Below the pieces are notes generated by a model that saw only the letters and a list, made by a program, of their open reading frames with translations, did not search any database and had not been told where the DNA came from. This document shows positions 1-10,187 of a stretch of 64,000 nt of DNA, one piece after another (position 1 is the stretch's first letter; every line of letters begins with the position of its first letter). The translations under genes were made by a program, and so were the position numbers. The stretch comes from Succinatimonas sp. UBA7265 (GTDB taxonomy: Bacteria; Pseudomonadota; Gammaproteobacteria; Enterobacterales; Succinivibrionaceae). The stretch covers positions 2,163 through 66,162 of the forward strand of contig DKSD01000011.1 of NCBI GenBank assembly GCA_002473165.1, given 5' to 3'.

Positions 1-572
1 AGCTGTCGGCTGCCGCCAAGAACGCCGGCCACACCGTTGACAACTACGGCATGTACAGCGCCAAAGACAAACGCTGCCTGACCTATGTCATGAACGGCCT
101 GCTCGCGTCCATCGTGCTCAACACCAAGGCCGCCGACTTCGTCGTCACCGGCTGCGGCACCGGCGAAGGCGCCACGCTGGCCTTAAACGCCTTCCCGGGC
201 GTGGAGTGCGGCCACATCGAAAACCCGGTCGACTCCTACCTCTTCACGCAGATCAACGCCGGCAACGCGATCGCCCTCCCTTACGCCTTAGGCTACGGCT
301 GGGGCGGCGAACTCAACCTGCGCTACATCTTCGAGAAGCTCTTCGTGACCCCGTTCGGCGGCGGCTATCCTCCTGAGCGCGTCCAGGCCGAGCAGTCCAA
401 CAAGAAGATCCTCGATCACGTCAAGACGATCACGCACCGCCCGCTCATCGAAGTCTTAAAAGGCCTCGATCGCGACTTCGTCAAAAAGACCATCGACGAT
501 CCGCAGTTTGCCGATCTCTTCTACGCCAAATGCCAGGACAAAGAAGTCGCTGACTTCCTCAAGGCCCTGTAA
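1..572 (+). CDS. RpiB/LacA/LacB-family sugar-phosphate isomerase, 5'-truncated by the window edge
   Basis: ORF 51..572 stays open in the same frame back to nt 3 (..AAKNAGHTVDNYGMYS..). The core 'VVTGCGTGEGATLALNAFPGVECGH...NAGNAIALP' resembles the RpiB/LacAB fold. A hairpin terminator follows. Confidence 0.55.
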   Translation, partial: LSAAAKNAGHTVDNYGMYSAKDKRCLTYVMNGLLASIVLNTKAADFVVTGCGTGEGATLALNAFPGVECGHIENPVDSYLFTQINAGNAIALPYALGYGWGGELNLRYIFEKLFVTPFGGGYPPERVQAEQSNKKILDHVKTITHRPLIEVLKGLDRDFVKKTIDDPQFADLFYAKCQDKEVADFLKAL

Positions 573-602
573 TAAGGCCTTGTAAAAAGGCTCCTTAAGC
601 AA

Positions 603-641
603 AGACGCCCCGAAGGCTTAAAGCCTCCGGGGCGTCTTTTT
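603..641. terminator. Bidirectional rho-independent terminator between convergent genes
   Basis: Stem gacgccccgaagg / cctccggggcgtc (one mismatch), flanked by an A-run upstream and a T-run (637-641) downstream. Confidence 0.75.
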
Positions 642-652
642 GCACGCGCGGT

Positions 653-1414
653 TTATTTGGCCGCAAGCTGCTTTTGCGCCAGCGCCGCCGAGGTGTCGCC
701 GGGGTAATCCCTGGCCACGACCTCAAAGAAGCGGCGGGCCTTGTCCTTGTCGCCCTGGGCTTTGTAGATGAGCCCGAGCTTATAGAGCGAGTCGGCGCGC
801 TTGGGCGAGTTCTTAAAACCGGCGGCGTTGAGGAAGCTCACGCGCGCGTCCGGATACTGTTTTTGCTTGAACTGCACCTGCCCAAGCCAGTACCAGGCGT
901 TCGGAGTGAGCTCGCAGTCAGGATACTTCTCCACAAAAGCCTTAAACGCCGGCACGGAGTCTTTGAGCTTGTTGTCGACGACGAGTTTATAGGCCTTTTG
1001 ATACTCGGCCTTAGTCGCATCGTCGGCGCTCTTTAAGGCTTTGCCCTTGGCGTCGGTGACCGGGCCTGAGGCCGCGGCTGTATTACCTTGAGAGGCGGCG
1101 TTTGGCTGCGGCTGTTCTGCCGCGCCCTGAATCTGTCCGGCCGTCCCCTCGCCGCCCTGCGCCGCGGTGTTTTGCGCGCCGGCCTGCTGCGCCTTCTCAA
1201 GCTGAGCTTTGAGGTTAGAGAGCTCGTGCTCGAGCTCCTCGATCTTGCCGTTTTGGGCGTCTAACTGATCCTGCATCTGATCAAAGCGGTTTTGCATCCT
1301 CAGCATCGTCGCCTGCTGGGCGCTCAGCTGCGCCTCCAAATCATCATCGGCGGCGGCGCTGCCGCACAAAGCCGCGCTTAAGGCCGCGGCAGCCATGGTT
1401 AAGGCTATGCGCAT
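653..1414 (-). CDS. cpoB: Tol-Pal system protein CpoB/YbgF (coiled-coil plus TPR)
   Basis: Signal peptide MRIALTMAAAALSAALCGSAAA, a Q/E-rich coiled coil and C-terminal TPR-like repeats. It is the last gene after pal. The start at 1414 is preferred because AGGAGA lies 7 nt upstream; the ORF track extends to 1480. Confidence 0.85.
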   Translation of the reverse strand: MRIALTMAAAALSAALCGSAAADDDLEAQLSAQQATMLRMQNRFDQMQDQLDAQNGKIEELEHELSNLKAQLEKAQQAGAQNTAAQGGEGTAGQIQGAAEQPQPNAASQGNTAAASGPVTDAKGKALKSADDATKAEYQKAYKLVVDNKLKDSVPAFKAFVEKYPDCELTPNAWYWLGQVQFKQKQYPDARVSFLNAAGFKNSPKRADSLYKLGLIYKAQGDKDKARRFFEVVARDYPGDTSAALAQKQLAAK

Positions 1415-1503
1415 GTCTTGCGTTCTCCTATGCATTAAAAAAGGCGCGGGAACTGAGCCCTGCGCCCTTGTTTTAAACATCCGCCCGCATCAGGGGCGCT
1501 TTG

Positions 1504-2025
1504 TCAGTAATTTAACACCGCGCGGCGGTTCTGCGACCAGGCGCTCTCGTCGTGGCCGGGGTTCACCGGCTTCTCCTCGCCGTAGGAGACGACGGAGATC
1601 TGGTTGAGATCGACGCCGAGGTTTTGCAGGTAGCGGGCCACGCTGCGGGCGCGGCGCTCGCCTAAGGCGATGTTGTACTCAGGGGTGCCGCGCTCGTCGG
1701 TGTGGCCCTCGACGACCACGCGGGCGTCAGGGTTGGAGCGCAGGTACTTGGCGTTGGCCTGGAGCACGCCCACGTACTGATCCTGGATGGTGTCCGAATC
1801 GTAGTTGAAGTACACGGTGTGCTGATCCTGCAGCTCCGCAGGGCCGTGCCAGCCGTCAGAGGCGCCGGGGTTGCCTACGGTGACCGCGCCGTCGGAATCC
1901 AGGCCTTCCTGGATGTCGGTGCCGTCATCGGAGACGAGGCCGGAGTTGTCAGAGTCGGAGCTGCAGCCCGGGAGAGCGATCAGCGCGGCGCCGCAGACAA
2001 AAGCAAATAAAAAATTCTTTAACAT
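1504..2025 (-). CDS. pal: Peptidoglycan-associated lipoprotein Pal (OmpA-like domain)
   Basis: Lipobox LPGC|SS. OmpA-C motifs 'YFNYDSDTI', 'VVVEGHTDERGTPEYNIALGERRA', 'NRRAVLNY'. Located between tolB and cpoB. Confidence 0.95.
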   Translation of the reverse strand: MLKNFLFAFVCGAALIALPGCSSDSDNSGLVSDDGTDIQEGLDSDGAVTVGNPGASDGWHGPAELQDQHTVYFNYDSDTIQDQYVGVLQANAKYLRSNPDARVVVEGHTDERGTPEYNIALGERRARSVARYLQNLGVDLNQISVVSYGEEKPVNPGHDESAWSQNRRAVLNY

Positions 2026-2046
2026 TTTTACAGATCCCCTTGAAGT

Positions 2047-3330
2047 TTATTTCTCAAGCAGAGGTCCCCACGCCGGCGAGCTCACCTCGCCTGCGGAGGA
2101 AGGAAGGTATGCCTTGAAACGTCCGTCTGCGGATACCAGCGCCAGCCCTTTGCGGCCCTGATAAACCGTGCTGTATATTACCATACTCCCGTTCGGGGCC
2201 ACCGAGGGCGACTCATCGAGCGTGGAAGTGGTCAGCATGTAGATGCTGCCGTCGGCGTCCACCCTGGCGACGCGGTAACCCTTCTGGCGGGTGACCACCA
2301 CGAGCGAGGTGCTGCCCGGGATGGCGCGCGCCGACAGGTTCATCTCGCCCTGGTAGGTGACACGGGTCGTGGAGCCGGTGGCGAAATCGTATTTATAGAT
2401 CTGGGCGCGGCCGCCGCGCTCCGAGGTAAAGAACAGCGAGCGGGAATCGGCAGACCAGGTAGGCTCAGTGTCGATGGAGCGGTTCTCGGTGACGCGCTTT
2501 AAGACGCCCGCGGCCAGATCGTAATAATAGATGTCAGGCTGGCCGTCTTTTGAGAGCGTCATGGCGATCTTCGAGCCGTCAGGCGACCAGGCGGGGCTGG
2601 AGTTCAGGCCCGGGAACGATGCGAGCTTCGTGCGCTTGTGCGAGAGGATGTCCTGCACAAAGATCGCAGGCTGCCTGGCCTCAAAGCTCACGTAGGCAAG
2701 GCGCGTGCCGTCAGGCGACCAGGTCGGCGTCATGATAGGCTGCGTCGACTTGAGCACCGGGCGCTCGTTGTAGCCGTCGTAATCGGCGGTCATGAGCACA
2801 TAGGGATAGCCCTGGCCGTGGCGGGTCACCACATAGGCGATGCGGGTGCGGAAAGCGCCTTTCTGGCCGGTAAAGAGCTCATAGACGCGATCGGACACGC
2901 GATGGGCGGCCTGGCGGATGAGGTTCTTCGGGGCGTTGCCGGCGTAATGGGCCAGCACTTTGCCCTTGTTGGCCCCCTGCAGCCCCACGACCTTGAATTC
3001 GACATTGTAGCCGCCGTTAACCGGAACAGCCTTGCCGGTCACCGCGGCCTCGGCGCCGCTTTGGGCGGCGACATCGGCGTTGATCTCGCCGTTCGTCACC
3101 GAGCCCTGGGGCAGCTGCTGCATGGGGATGGGAGAGAACTTGCCCGAGCGGGTCAGATCGTCGGAGACGACCTTGGCCACGTCAGTGCCCAGGCCCTGCG
3201 CCTGGGTAAACGGGATGACCGCGATGCGGTGGCCTTCATTGATGCCGCCGGTGATCTCGATCTGCAGCGCGGCGTGGGCGTTCACGGCGAAAACCGCGAG
3301 CGCCAGGCCGGCGAGAATGCGTTTGATCAT
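2047..3330 (-). CDS. tolB: Tol-Pal system beta-propeller protein TolB
   Basis: Signal peptide MIKRILAGLALAVFAVNAHA and repeated 'P.WSPDG..LA(Y/F)' propeller blades. AGGAG lies 6 nt upstream of the ATG at 3330. Confidence 0.95.
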   Translation of the reverse strand: MIKRILAGLALAVFAVNAHAALQIEITGGINEGHRIAVIPFTQAQGLGTDVAKVVSDDLTRSGKFSPIPMQQLPQGSVTNGEINADVAAQSGAEAAVTGKAVPVNGGYNVEFKVVGLQGANKGKVLAHYAGNAPKNLIRQAAHRVSDRVYELFTGQKGAFRTRIAYVVTRHGQGYPYVLMTADYDGYNERPVLKSTQPIMTPTWSPDGTRLAYVSFEARQPAIFVQDILSHKRTKLASFPGLNSSPAWSPDGSKIAMTLSKDGQPDIYYYDLAAGVLKRVTENRSIDTEPTWSADSRSLFFTSERGGRAQIYKYDFATGSTTRVTYQGEMNLSARAIPGSTSLVVVTRQKGYRVARVDADGSIYMLTTSTLDESPSVAPNGSMVIYSTVYQGRKGLALVSADGRFKAYLPSSAGEVSSPAWGPLLEK

Positions 3331-3372
3331 CAGTAACTCCTGCTGGTATTTTGTGCGTTCGCACAATTATAT

Positions 3373-4398
3373 TCAGATTTTCGGCGTCATGGAAATGACA
3401 ATGCTTGAGCATTCTTTGCACCCGGCAGGAGGCCTGGGGAGCATGCCGATGGCGTTTAAGGTGTCAAGCGCCGTCTTGCACACGGCCTTGTCGCCTGAGC
3501 AGCTCTCATTGGAGATCGTCCCGTCGTTTGCCACCTGGATGCTCACCTTGACGGTCTTGCCGTTCATGGAAGGATCGACGCGCCAGTTCTGCTCTATAAG
3601 CGTGCGCACTTTGACGCCGTAGCCGCCGTCGCCGCCGCCCTGCCCCAGGCCTTTGCCGTTTACCGGATCGCCGTCGGCCGTGCCCAGGATGTCATCCTCA
3701 AGCGCGTTGGCGTTGGCCTGGGCCTGAGCTTTGGCTTTAGCGTCAGCCTCTGCCTTTGCTTTGGCGTCGGCCTCAGCTTTGGCCTTGGCTTTAGCCTCGG
3801 CTTCAGCCTTCTTTTTGGCCTCGGCTTCCGCTTTCTTCTTGGCCTCTTCCTCGGCTTTCTTCTTGGCCTCTTCGGCGGCCTTCTTCCTGGCCTCGGTTTC
3901 GGCTTTCTTCTTATCCGCCTCAGCCTGGGCCTTGGCGCGGGCCTCTTCCTCGGCCTGTTTCTTCAGCTCGGCCGCCTGTTTCTGGGCCTCAAGCTTCTTT
4001 TTCTGATCTTCAAGCTGCTTTTTCTCAAGCTCGGCTTTGCGCAGCGCCAGCGCCTGCTGCTGTTCGGCCTCCTGCCGGGCGCGGATCTGCTCAACGCGCC
4101 GCTGTTCGGCCTCCTGCTGCTTTGCCACCTGCTCTTTAAGCTCCTGCGCCTTTTGCTCCTCGGCCTGATCCCGCTCGGGGACAGGTTCAGGTTTTGCCTC
4201 AGGCTGCGGCGCGCTCTCGGCCCTGCCGCCGTTGGGGTTCCCCTTGGCAGGCGGCACGAACGTGGCGTGCATGATGTCGCCCGAGCCGGTGTCAGGTTTT
4301 TCGGGGCGGTCAAGCGAGACGTTGATCACCAAGGCGACGATCACAGCCGCGTGGATAAGCACGGCTATGGTAAAGGCGGTGCCGGTCCTGATCCTCAC
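3373..4398 (-). CDS. tolA: TolA: N-terminal TM anchor, long K/A/E-rich helical domain II, C-terminal domain III
   Basis: TM 'FTIAVLIHAAVIVALVI' followed by about 170 aa of AEAKKKAEEEAKKK-type repeats. The GTG start overlaps the tolR stop (GTGA). Confidence 0.9.
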   Translation of the reverse strand: MRIRTGTAFTIAVLIHAAVIVALVINVSLDRPEKPDTGSGDIMHATFVPPAKGNPNGGRAESAPQPEAKPEPVPERDQAEEQKAQELKEQVAKQQEAEQRRVEQIRARQEAEQQQALALRKAELEKKQLEDQKKKLEAQKQAAELKKQAEEEARAKAQAEADKKKAETEARKKAAEEAKKKAEEEAKKKAEAEAKKKAEAEAKAKAKAEADAKAKAEADAKAKAQAQANANALEDDILGTADGDPVNGKGLGQGGGDGGYGVKVRTLIEQNWRVDPSMNGKTVKVSIQVANDGTISNESCSGDKAVCKTALDTLNAIGMLPRPPAGCKECSSIVISMTPKI

Positions 4399-4847
4399 TT
4401 GCCCGCGCTCCCTGAACTTCCCTCAAGCGGCACTGTCACCAGGCCCACGCTCTTGACGCCGCCTTCTTTTAAGGCGTTCATCAGCTGGATAACGCTGTTG
4501 TAGTCGACATGGGCATCGCCCTGCACGACTACCGGGCGCGTCGGATCTTTTTGCAGCTCGCCTGCCACATAGGACGTGAGCTCGTTTAGATCCTGCATCT
4601 TCTGCATGGTGGTGTCGATGCTCACGTAATACTGGCCGATGCTGTCGACCGTGGCGATGATCGGGGTGCGCTGGTTCTCATCCATGGTCTCGCTCTGGGC
4701 CTGGGGCAGATCGACGGTGACGCCCTGCATGACGACCGGCGCCGTCGCGATAAAGATCACGAGCAGCACCAGCATCACGTCGATATAGGGGACGACGTTG
4801 ATCTCCGCGACCGGATGCGATCTGCGCCTTCTTGAAGCCATGCGCAT
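4395..4847 (-). CDS. tolR: TolR (ExbD/TolR family)
   Basis: 'EINVVPYIDVMLVLLVIFI' is the ExbD-family TM signature. The ATG overlaps the tolQ stop (ATGA). Confidence 0.92.
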   Translation of the reverse strand: MRMASRRRRSHPVAEINVVPYIDVMLVLLVIFIATAPVVMQGVTVDLPQAQSETMDENQRTPIIATVDSIGQYYVSIDTTMQKMQDLNELTSYVAGELQKDPTRPVVVQGDAHVDYNSVIQLMNALKEGGVKSVGLVTVPLEGSSGSAGK

Positions 4848-5845
4848 CAGTGCTGTTCCCCGTTATAGCCGCCCTGGCGGGTCTCGGCCTGGCGCAGCTG
4901 ATCGCCGCGCACGCCCGGGGTGATGTAATGCGGCCCGGAACTCTGCTCCCTTTGGGATGCGCGCGGATCAAAGGCCTGGGGGCGCGGCTTTTGGCCCTCA
5001 GGGTAGCGCGGCGGCACCGTGCGCATGGGCGGGACGCTCTGGGGCTGGCCCTGCGGCTGAGCGTAGCCGCGGGTGATGTCCTGGCGGCGCGACTGGTAGT
5101 CATAAGGGCCGCTCTCAGACTGGCTCTCCTGCTCCTTGCGCTCGCTCTCGCGCTTAAGCTGCGATCTCACGGTCACGAGGCGGCGGTTTAGGATGGTCGC
5201 GAACTCGTCCATGAAGTTGTCATAGCGGTTCTCGAGCGCCTCGCACTTGGCGATGAAATGGTTGTAGAACATCACGGCCGGGATGGCGGCGAACAGGCCC
5301 ATGGCCGTGGCGATCAGGGCCTCGGCGATCGGCGGGGCCACCATGGAGAGCGTGGCGTTCTTGACGGCGGCCAGAGCCACGAACGCGTGCATGATGCCCC
5401 ACACCGTGCCGAACAGGCCGATGTACGGGCTGATGGAACCGATGGTGGCGAGCGTGGCCAGGTGGCTTTCGAGGTTCTCGGCCTCGCGCGAGAGCGCGAC
5501 TTTCATCTGGCGGTACGTGCCGTCCATCACCACTTCCTGATCGGCAGGCCCGGAGTTCACGAGGCGCACGAATTCCTTGAAGCCTGAGGTGTAGATGACC
5601 TCGAGCCCCTGCAGTTCATTCTGGCGCCTGACGCAGTCCTGGTAGAGGTTGTTCAGATCTATGCCCGACCAGAAACGATCCTCGAACTCGTCGGCGCGGG
5701 CGCGGCCCTGCTTGTAGGCGCTGGAGCGCTGGATGATGATGGTCCAGGAGATCACCGAGAGCATGAGCAGGAAGAACATGACGGCCTGCACGAGCAGGCT
5801 GGCGTTCAAAATAAGCTCGGTGAACGAGAGCTGACCGTTTTGCAT
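4847..5845 (-). CDS. tolQ: TolQ (MotA/TolQ/ExbB channel) with an approx. 105-aa Q/P/R-rich C-terminal extension
   Basis: 'LATIGSISPYIGLFGTVWGIM' and 'VAPPIAEALIATAMGLFAAIPAV' are core motifs. The homologous core ends near residue 225 of 332. Confidence 0.9.
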   Translation of the reverse strand: MQNGQLSFTELILNASLLVQAVMFFLLMLSVISWTIIIQRSSAYKQGRARADEFEDRFWSGIDLNNLYQDCVRRQNELQGLEVIYTSGFKEFVRLVNSGPADQEVVMDGTYRQMKVALSREAENLESHLATLATIGSISPYIGLFGTVWGIMHAFVALAAVKNATLSMVAPPIAEALIATAMGLFAAIPAVMFYNHFIAKCEALENRYDNFMDEFATILNRRLVTVRSQLKRESERKEQESQSESGPYDYQSRRQDITRGYAQPQGQPQSVPPMRTVPPRYPEGQKPRPQAFDPRASQREQSSGPHYITPGVRGDQLRQAETRQGGYNGEQH

Positions 5846-6285
5846 TACAGTCTTACCTCAAAAACCGGCGGGACCTCAGGGACCCCTGCCTTAATGTAAT
5901 CGCGCACCTGCTGCGGCATCTTTTGCGGACGCCCCCGCTTCATATCCATGCAGGCCAGGGTGCATTCAAACTCAAAGAGCTTTTCACCGCGCTGATTATA
6001 GACCTCCTGATAAACATTCAGGCTCAGGCCGCGCACCTTTACGGGAACGCAGGTTACGGTGATTCTGTCATCAAGGCGCGCCGAGCTTAAATATTTGCAT
6101 GCAACCTGCGTCACCACAAAGCCCGTGCCCTCCTCCAGCAGGCGCTGCTGGGAGAAACCTGCCGAGCGCAGCCACTCCGTGCGGGCGCGCTCGCAGAATT
6201 TTAAGTAATTGGCGTAATAGACGATGCCGCCGGCGTCGGTGTCTTCCCAGTAGACGGTGAAGTCAAATGAAAAAGGATCAGCCAT
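5845..6285 (-). CDS. ybgC: Tol-Pal-associated acyl-CoA thioesterase YbgC (4HBT hotdog fold)
   Basis: 'VYWEDTDAGGIVYYANYLKF' is the 4HBT signature. The ATG at 6285 lies directly after the ruvB stop (6287-6289); the longer track ORF to 6411 overlaps ruvB. Confidence 0.88.
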   Translation of the reverse strand: MADPFSFDFTVYWEDTDAGGIVYYANYLKFCERARTEWLRSAGFSQQRLLEEGTGFVVTQVACKYLSSARLDDRITVTCVPVKVRGLSLNVYQEVYNQRGEKLFEFECTLACMDMKRGRPQKMPQQVRDYIKAGVPEVPPVFEVRL

Positions 6286-6286
6286 G

Positions 6287-7366
<1,080 letters not shown>

Positions 7367-7369
7367 CGC

Positions 7370-7981
7370 TTACGGCCTCCCGCTCTTGGAAATCAGCGCC
7401 AGCGCGCCTTTTATGAGATCCTCGGTGCTCATGCCCTCGCTGTAGGCGGCCTTGCAGTACTCGACGGCCAGGCTCTCGCGGTAGCCTAAAACCACAAGCG
7501 CCGCCACGGCGTCATCAAAGGCGCCGCTGTTTTGCTTTGCGGCCTTGGGCGCCGCCGCGGCTGCGCCGGAGCCGAGCTTGCTTAGGCTGTCCTTGAGCTC
7601 GACGATCATGCGCTCGGCCGTCTTCTTGCCGACGCCCGGGATACGCTGCAGCTCGGCGGCGCGCCCGTCCAGCACGGCGGCGATGAAAGACTGCACGTCA
7701 AAAGTCGAGAGCACGGCCAGCGCGCTTTTAGGCCCGACGCCGTTTACCTTGATGAGGATGCGAAAGAGCGAGCGCGAGGCGATGTCCGTAAAGCCGTAGA
7801 GAACCTGGGCGTCCTCGCGCACGCTGTGGTGGATGTAAACGAATGCCGGTTCGTGCGGATCCTGCGGCAGCGCCTGCAGGCACGACGAAGGCATCTCGAC
7901 TTCATAGCCCACGCCGCCTGCCTCGATGAGCGCGGTGTTGCCGTCAACGCGCAGCAGCGTGCCGCGCAGACTTCCTATCAT
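7370..7981 (-). CDS. ruvA: Holliday junction DNA helicase subunit RuvA
   Basis: 'MIGSLRGTL...GVGYEV' and the HhH motifs 'VNGVGPKSALAVL' and 'IPGVGKKTAERM'. Confidence 0.95.
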   Translation of the reverse strand: MIGSLRGTLLRVDGNTALIEAGGVGYEVEMPSSCLQALPQDPHEPAFVYIHHSVREDAQVLYGFTDIASRSLFRILIKVNGVGPKSALAVLSTFDVQSFIAAVLDGRAAELQRIPGVGKKTAERMIVELKDSLSKLGSGAAAAAPKAAKQNSGAFDDAVAALVVLGYRESLAVEYCKAAYSEGMSTEDLIKGALALISKSGRP

Positions 7982-8002
7982 TGAATTCTTCTCTCCAAAT
8001 AC

Positions 8003-8533
8003 TTAACGGTCCTGCAGCCTGCCGTGCACGGAGTAACGCTCGGCGACGCCCTGGCCCATGGCTTTGGTCACGCTGGCCGTGACCGCGTGGCAGATGGCGC
8101 AGGCCAGGGCGTCGGCGGCGTCGGCCTGCGGGCTGCCTGACAGGCAGAGGATCTTGCGAACCATGTACTGCACCTGGGTTTTGTCAGCCCAGCCGTAGCC
8201 CACGACCGACTGCTTGATCTGCTGGGGCGTGTACTCAAAGACCTCCAGCCCGAGGTAGGCCCCGGCGACCATGGCGCTGGCGCGGGCCTCGGAGAGCTTG
8301 ACCGTCGACTGCACGTTCTTTGACAAAAACGTCTCTTCTATGGCCATGCAGTCAGGCGAGAACTGCCCGACGAGCTGCGTCACGCCCTCGTAGATGATCT
8401 TAAGGCGCCCGGCTATGGGGCCGTTGCCTGCGGCAATGCAGCCTGATCCGAGGTAGGAGACCTTACCTGCCTGGGATCTGACGATGCCGTATCCGGTAAA
8501 ACGCGATCCCGGATCTATGCCGATCACGATCAT
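8003..8533 (-). CDS. ruvC: Crossover junction endodeoxyribonuclease RuvC
   Basis: 'MIVIGIDPGSRFTGYGIV' and 'ADAADALACAICH'. The start at 8533 is chosen to match the canonical N-terminus. Confidence 0.93.
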   Translation of the reverse strand: MIVIGIDPGSRFTGYGIVRSQAGKVSYLGSGCIAAGNGPIAGRLKIIYEGVTQLVGQFSPDCMAIEETFLSKNVQSTVKLSEARASAMVAGAYLGLEVFEYTPQQIKQSVVGYGWADKTQVQYMVRKILCLSGSPQADAADALACAICHAVTASVTKAMGQGVAERYSVHGRLQDR

Positions 8534-8591
8534 CTGAATAAAAGATCCCCGGTAAAGCGCGCGCAGGTTCACACGCCAGAAAACTTACAGC

Positions 8592-8613
8592 GATCCCGCT
8601 TTAAAGCGGGATC
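8592..8613 (-). terminator. Weak hairpin downstream of the GNAT gene
   Basis: Stem gatcccgc / gcgggatc with a 6-nt loop. The T-rich tract on the minus strand is short and offset. Confidence 0.3.
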
Positions 8614-8688
8614 ATCATGCGGATATTTTAAATTAAGCGCGGCGCTTTACCAAACGGCCACGGCACAGGATATAAGCACGAAGCGGCG

Positions 8689-9177
8689 CTAAAACAGCAG
8701 GCGCATCTGATGCCAGCTCGAGCCGCCGTGCTCTGAGGTGCTCATTCCCTCGTCTTTAAAGCCAAAGCGCGCGTAAAAAGGCAGCAGGCGCTCATGGCAG
8801 GTGAGCACGATCCCCTTGACGCCGCGCTCACGGCAATCTGAGATGACGCGGCGCAGGAGCATTGACGCCAGCCCCCGGCCCTGGAATTTAGGCAGCGTCG
8901 CCACGGAGAAGATCATCTGCCAAGGGCCGTCGCGGCGGTGGCAGGAGGTGTCGGTGTACATGGGATCGAGCAGATCACGTTCTGTTGTGCGCGGGCCGTT
9001 GACGTGCCCTGCGATCTCTCCGTCAAGCGTGAGCACCCAGTAGCACTCAGGATAGGCAGACACACGGTTTTTGACGCTCTCATGGCTGGCCCCTTCCTCA
9101 GGCGGGAAGCACGCGTCCTCAAGCGCGCACAGCGCCTCAATATCCTCTGTTTTGGGATGGCGGATCTCTGTACCCAT
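8689..9177 (-). CDS. GNAT-family N-acetyltransferase (AANAT-like), third gene of the macro-Sir2 operon
   Basis: Acetyl-CoA motif 'LPKFQGRGLASMLLRRV' and 'LLPFYARFGFKDEG'. A strong AAGGAGGG RBS starts immediately after the Sir2 stop (17-nt gap). Confidence 0.8.
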   Translation of the reverse strand: MGTEIRHPKTEDIEALCALEDACFPPEEGASHESVKNRVSAYPECYWVLTLDGEIAGHVNGPRTTERDLLDPMYTDTSCHRRDGPWQMIFSVATLPKFQGRGLASMLLRRVISDCRERGVKGIVLTCHERLLPFYARFGFKDEGMSTSEHGGSSWHQMRLLF

Positions 9178-9194
9178 TTTCCCTCCTTAAAATT

Positions 9195-10187
9195 TTACTG
9201 TTGCAGCAGGCCTAAAACCTGCGCGATCCCCGCGTTTATGCAGACGCTGCGCGCGGCGATGCGCTCAGGGCAGCAGGCCTCGTTTAAGTTTACGCAGGCG
9301 TAGCGGGCCTTGGCATCGCGGTATGTCAGCTCCCAGAACGGGTATTTGATGATGACCGGGGTGTTCAGCCCGACTCCGAGCTCAAGATAAAGCACCCGCC
9401 TGCCGCGCGCCTTGATTAAGAACTTAGCGTAGGCCTCGGAGGCCCGATGCCAGGCCTCATCCTCAACGAAAGTGTCATCAGAGCGCAGGTTCACGGCCGC
9501 CTCAGAGCCGTCCGGGCAGCGCGGCACGAGATCAGGAGGCAGGATCATGGTGAGTTTTCCGTCCTCAGGCACATCAAACACCCCGGCGGCGTTTTTCACA
9601 AAGCCCTGGGCCGCAAGCGCCTCATTTACCCACGCTTCGTTCCCGTACGTCTCCTGCACCTTGGGTTGTGCCTGCTGGAAGAGCCCGTAATCGCCCTGGG
9701 TGCAAAAGAGCCTGCTCTCAGCAAAGCCTGAGCGCGCAAACTGGCTGTCGACGTTCGTGGTGATCACAAAAAAGTCTTTGCCAGCTAAGAGTTTTAAGAG
9801 TTCAGGATAGACCGGCAGCGGCGCGTCCACATAGCGGTTGAAATAGATGTGCCGTGACCACCACGCCCAGCGGACGCGCTCATCGGGAAACGGGAAGAAG
9901 CCGCCTGAGTACATGTCGGTAATGCCAAAGACGCGTCTGAAATCAGAAAAATAACGCTCAAAACGCGCTCCTGAGTATTCAAGCCCGGCGGCTGTTGACA
10001 CCCCGGCCCCGGCGCCGACCGCCACAGCCTCCGCTTCATCCAGAGCCTCGCGCAGCGCCTGCACGCGCTCCGCTGTCGAGCCTTGCAACTGCGTCAGCTC
10101 ATTGCCGCCGCGCCTTAAGCCTTCAAGCCCCAGGCGGATGGTCTCGCGGTAGCCGTCGGCGCGGCGTTCAGGCAAGGAGTTTTTCAT
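9195..10187 (-). CDS. Sir2-family protein, macrodomain-linked (SirTM-like; putative protein ADP-ribosyltransferase)
   Basis: NAD-binding 'VGAGAGVSTAAGL' and 'FVITTNVDSQF'. 'TQGDYG' occupies the place where classical sirtuins have the catalytic HG, and no Zn-ribbon Cys tetrad is present. The ATG at 10187 lies 20 nt inside the macro gene. Confidence 0.7.
   Translation of the reverse strand: MKNSLPERRADGYRETIRLGLEGLRRGGNELTQLQGSTAERVQALREALDEAEAVAVGAGAGVSTAAGLEYSGARFERYFSDFRRVFGITDMYSGGFFPFPDERVRWAWWSRHIYFNRYVDAPLPVYPELLKLLAGKDFFVITTNVDSQFARSGFAESRLFCTQGDYGLFQQAQPKVQETYGNEAWVNEALAAQGFVKNAAGVFDVPEDGKLTMILPPDLVPRCPDGSEAAVNLRSDDTFVEDEAWHRASEAYAKFLIKARGRRVLYLELGVGLNTPVIIKYPFWELTYRDAKARYACVNLNEACCPERIAARSVCINAGIAQVLGLLQQ

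Noticed and set aside
2638-3336. Long ORFs antisense to or out of frame with clear genes. Examples: 2638..3336 (+, in tolB), 10357..11016 (+, in macro), 21961..22659 (+, in aspS), 45119..45724 (-, in gltB), 50410..51282 (-, in gltD), 59078..59611 (-, in SDR).
   Set aside because: - Their translations are Arg/Ala/Gly/Pro-rich low-information strings typical of non-coding frames in high-G+C DNA.
- Each lies wholly inside a gene with strong family motifs on the other strand or frame.
- None has an RBS or a recognisable domain.
3700-4170. Highly repetitive DNA in tolA that could be taken for a tandem-repeat or CRISPR-like array.
   Set aside because: - It is in frame within TolA and encodes the well-known K/A/E-rich helical domain II.
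- The units are imperfect codon-level repeats with no spacer/repeat organisation.
8573-8689. A direct repeat of the tRNA-Thr 3' end (an att-site duplicate) that would delimit a tRNA-integrated island spanning 8.6-11.55 kb.
   Set aside because: - No match to tggtgctggaaacaggaatcgaacc was seen near the ruvC-GNAT junction.
- No integrase gene is present. The island idea remains speculation only.
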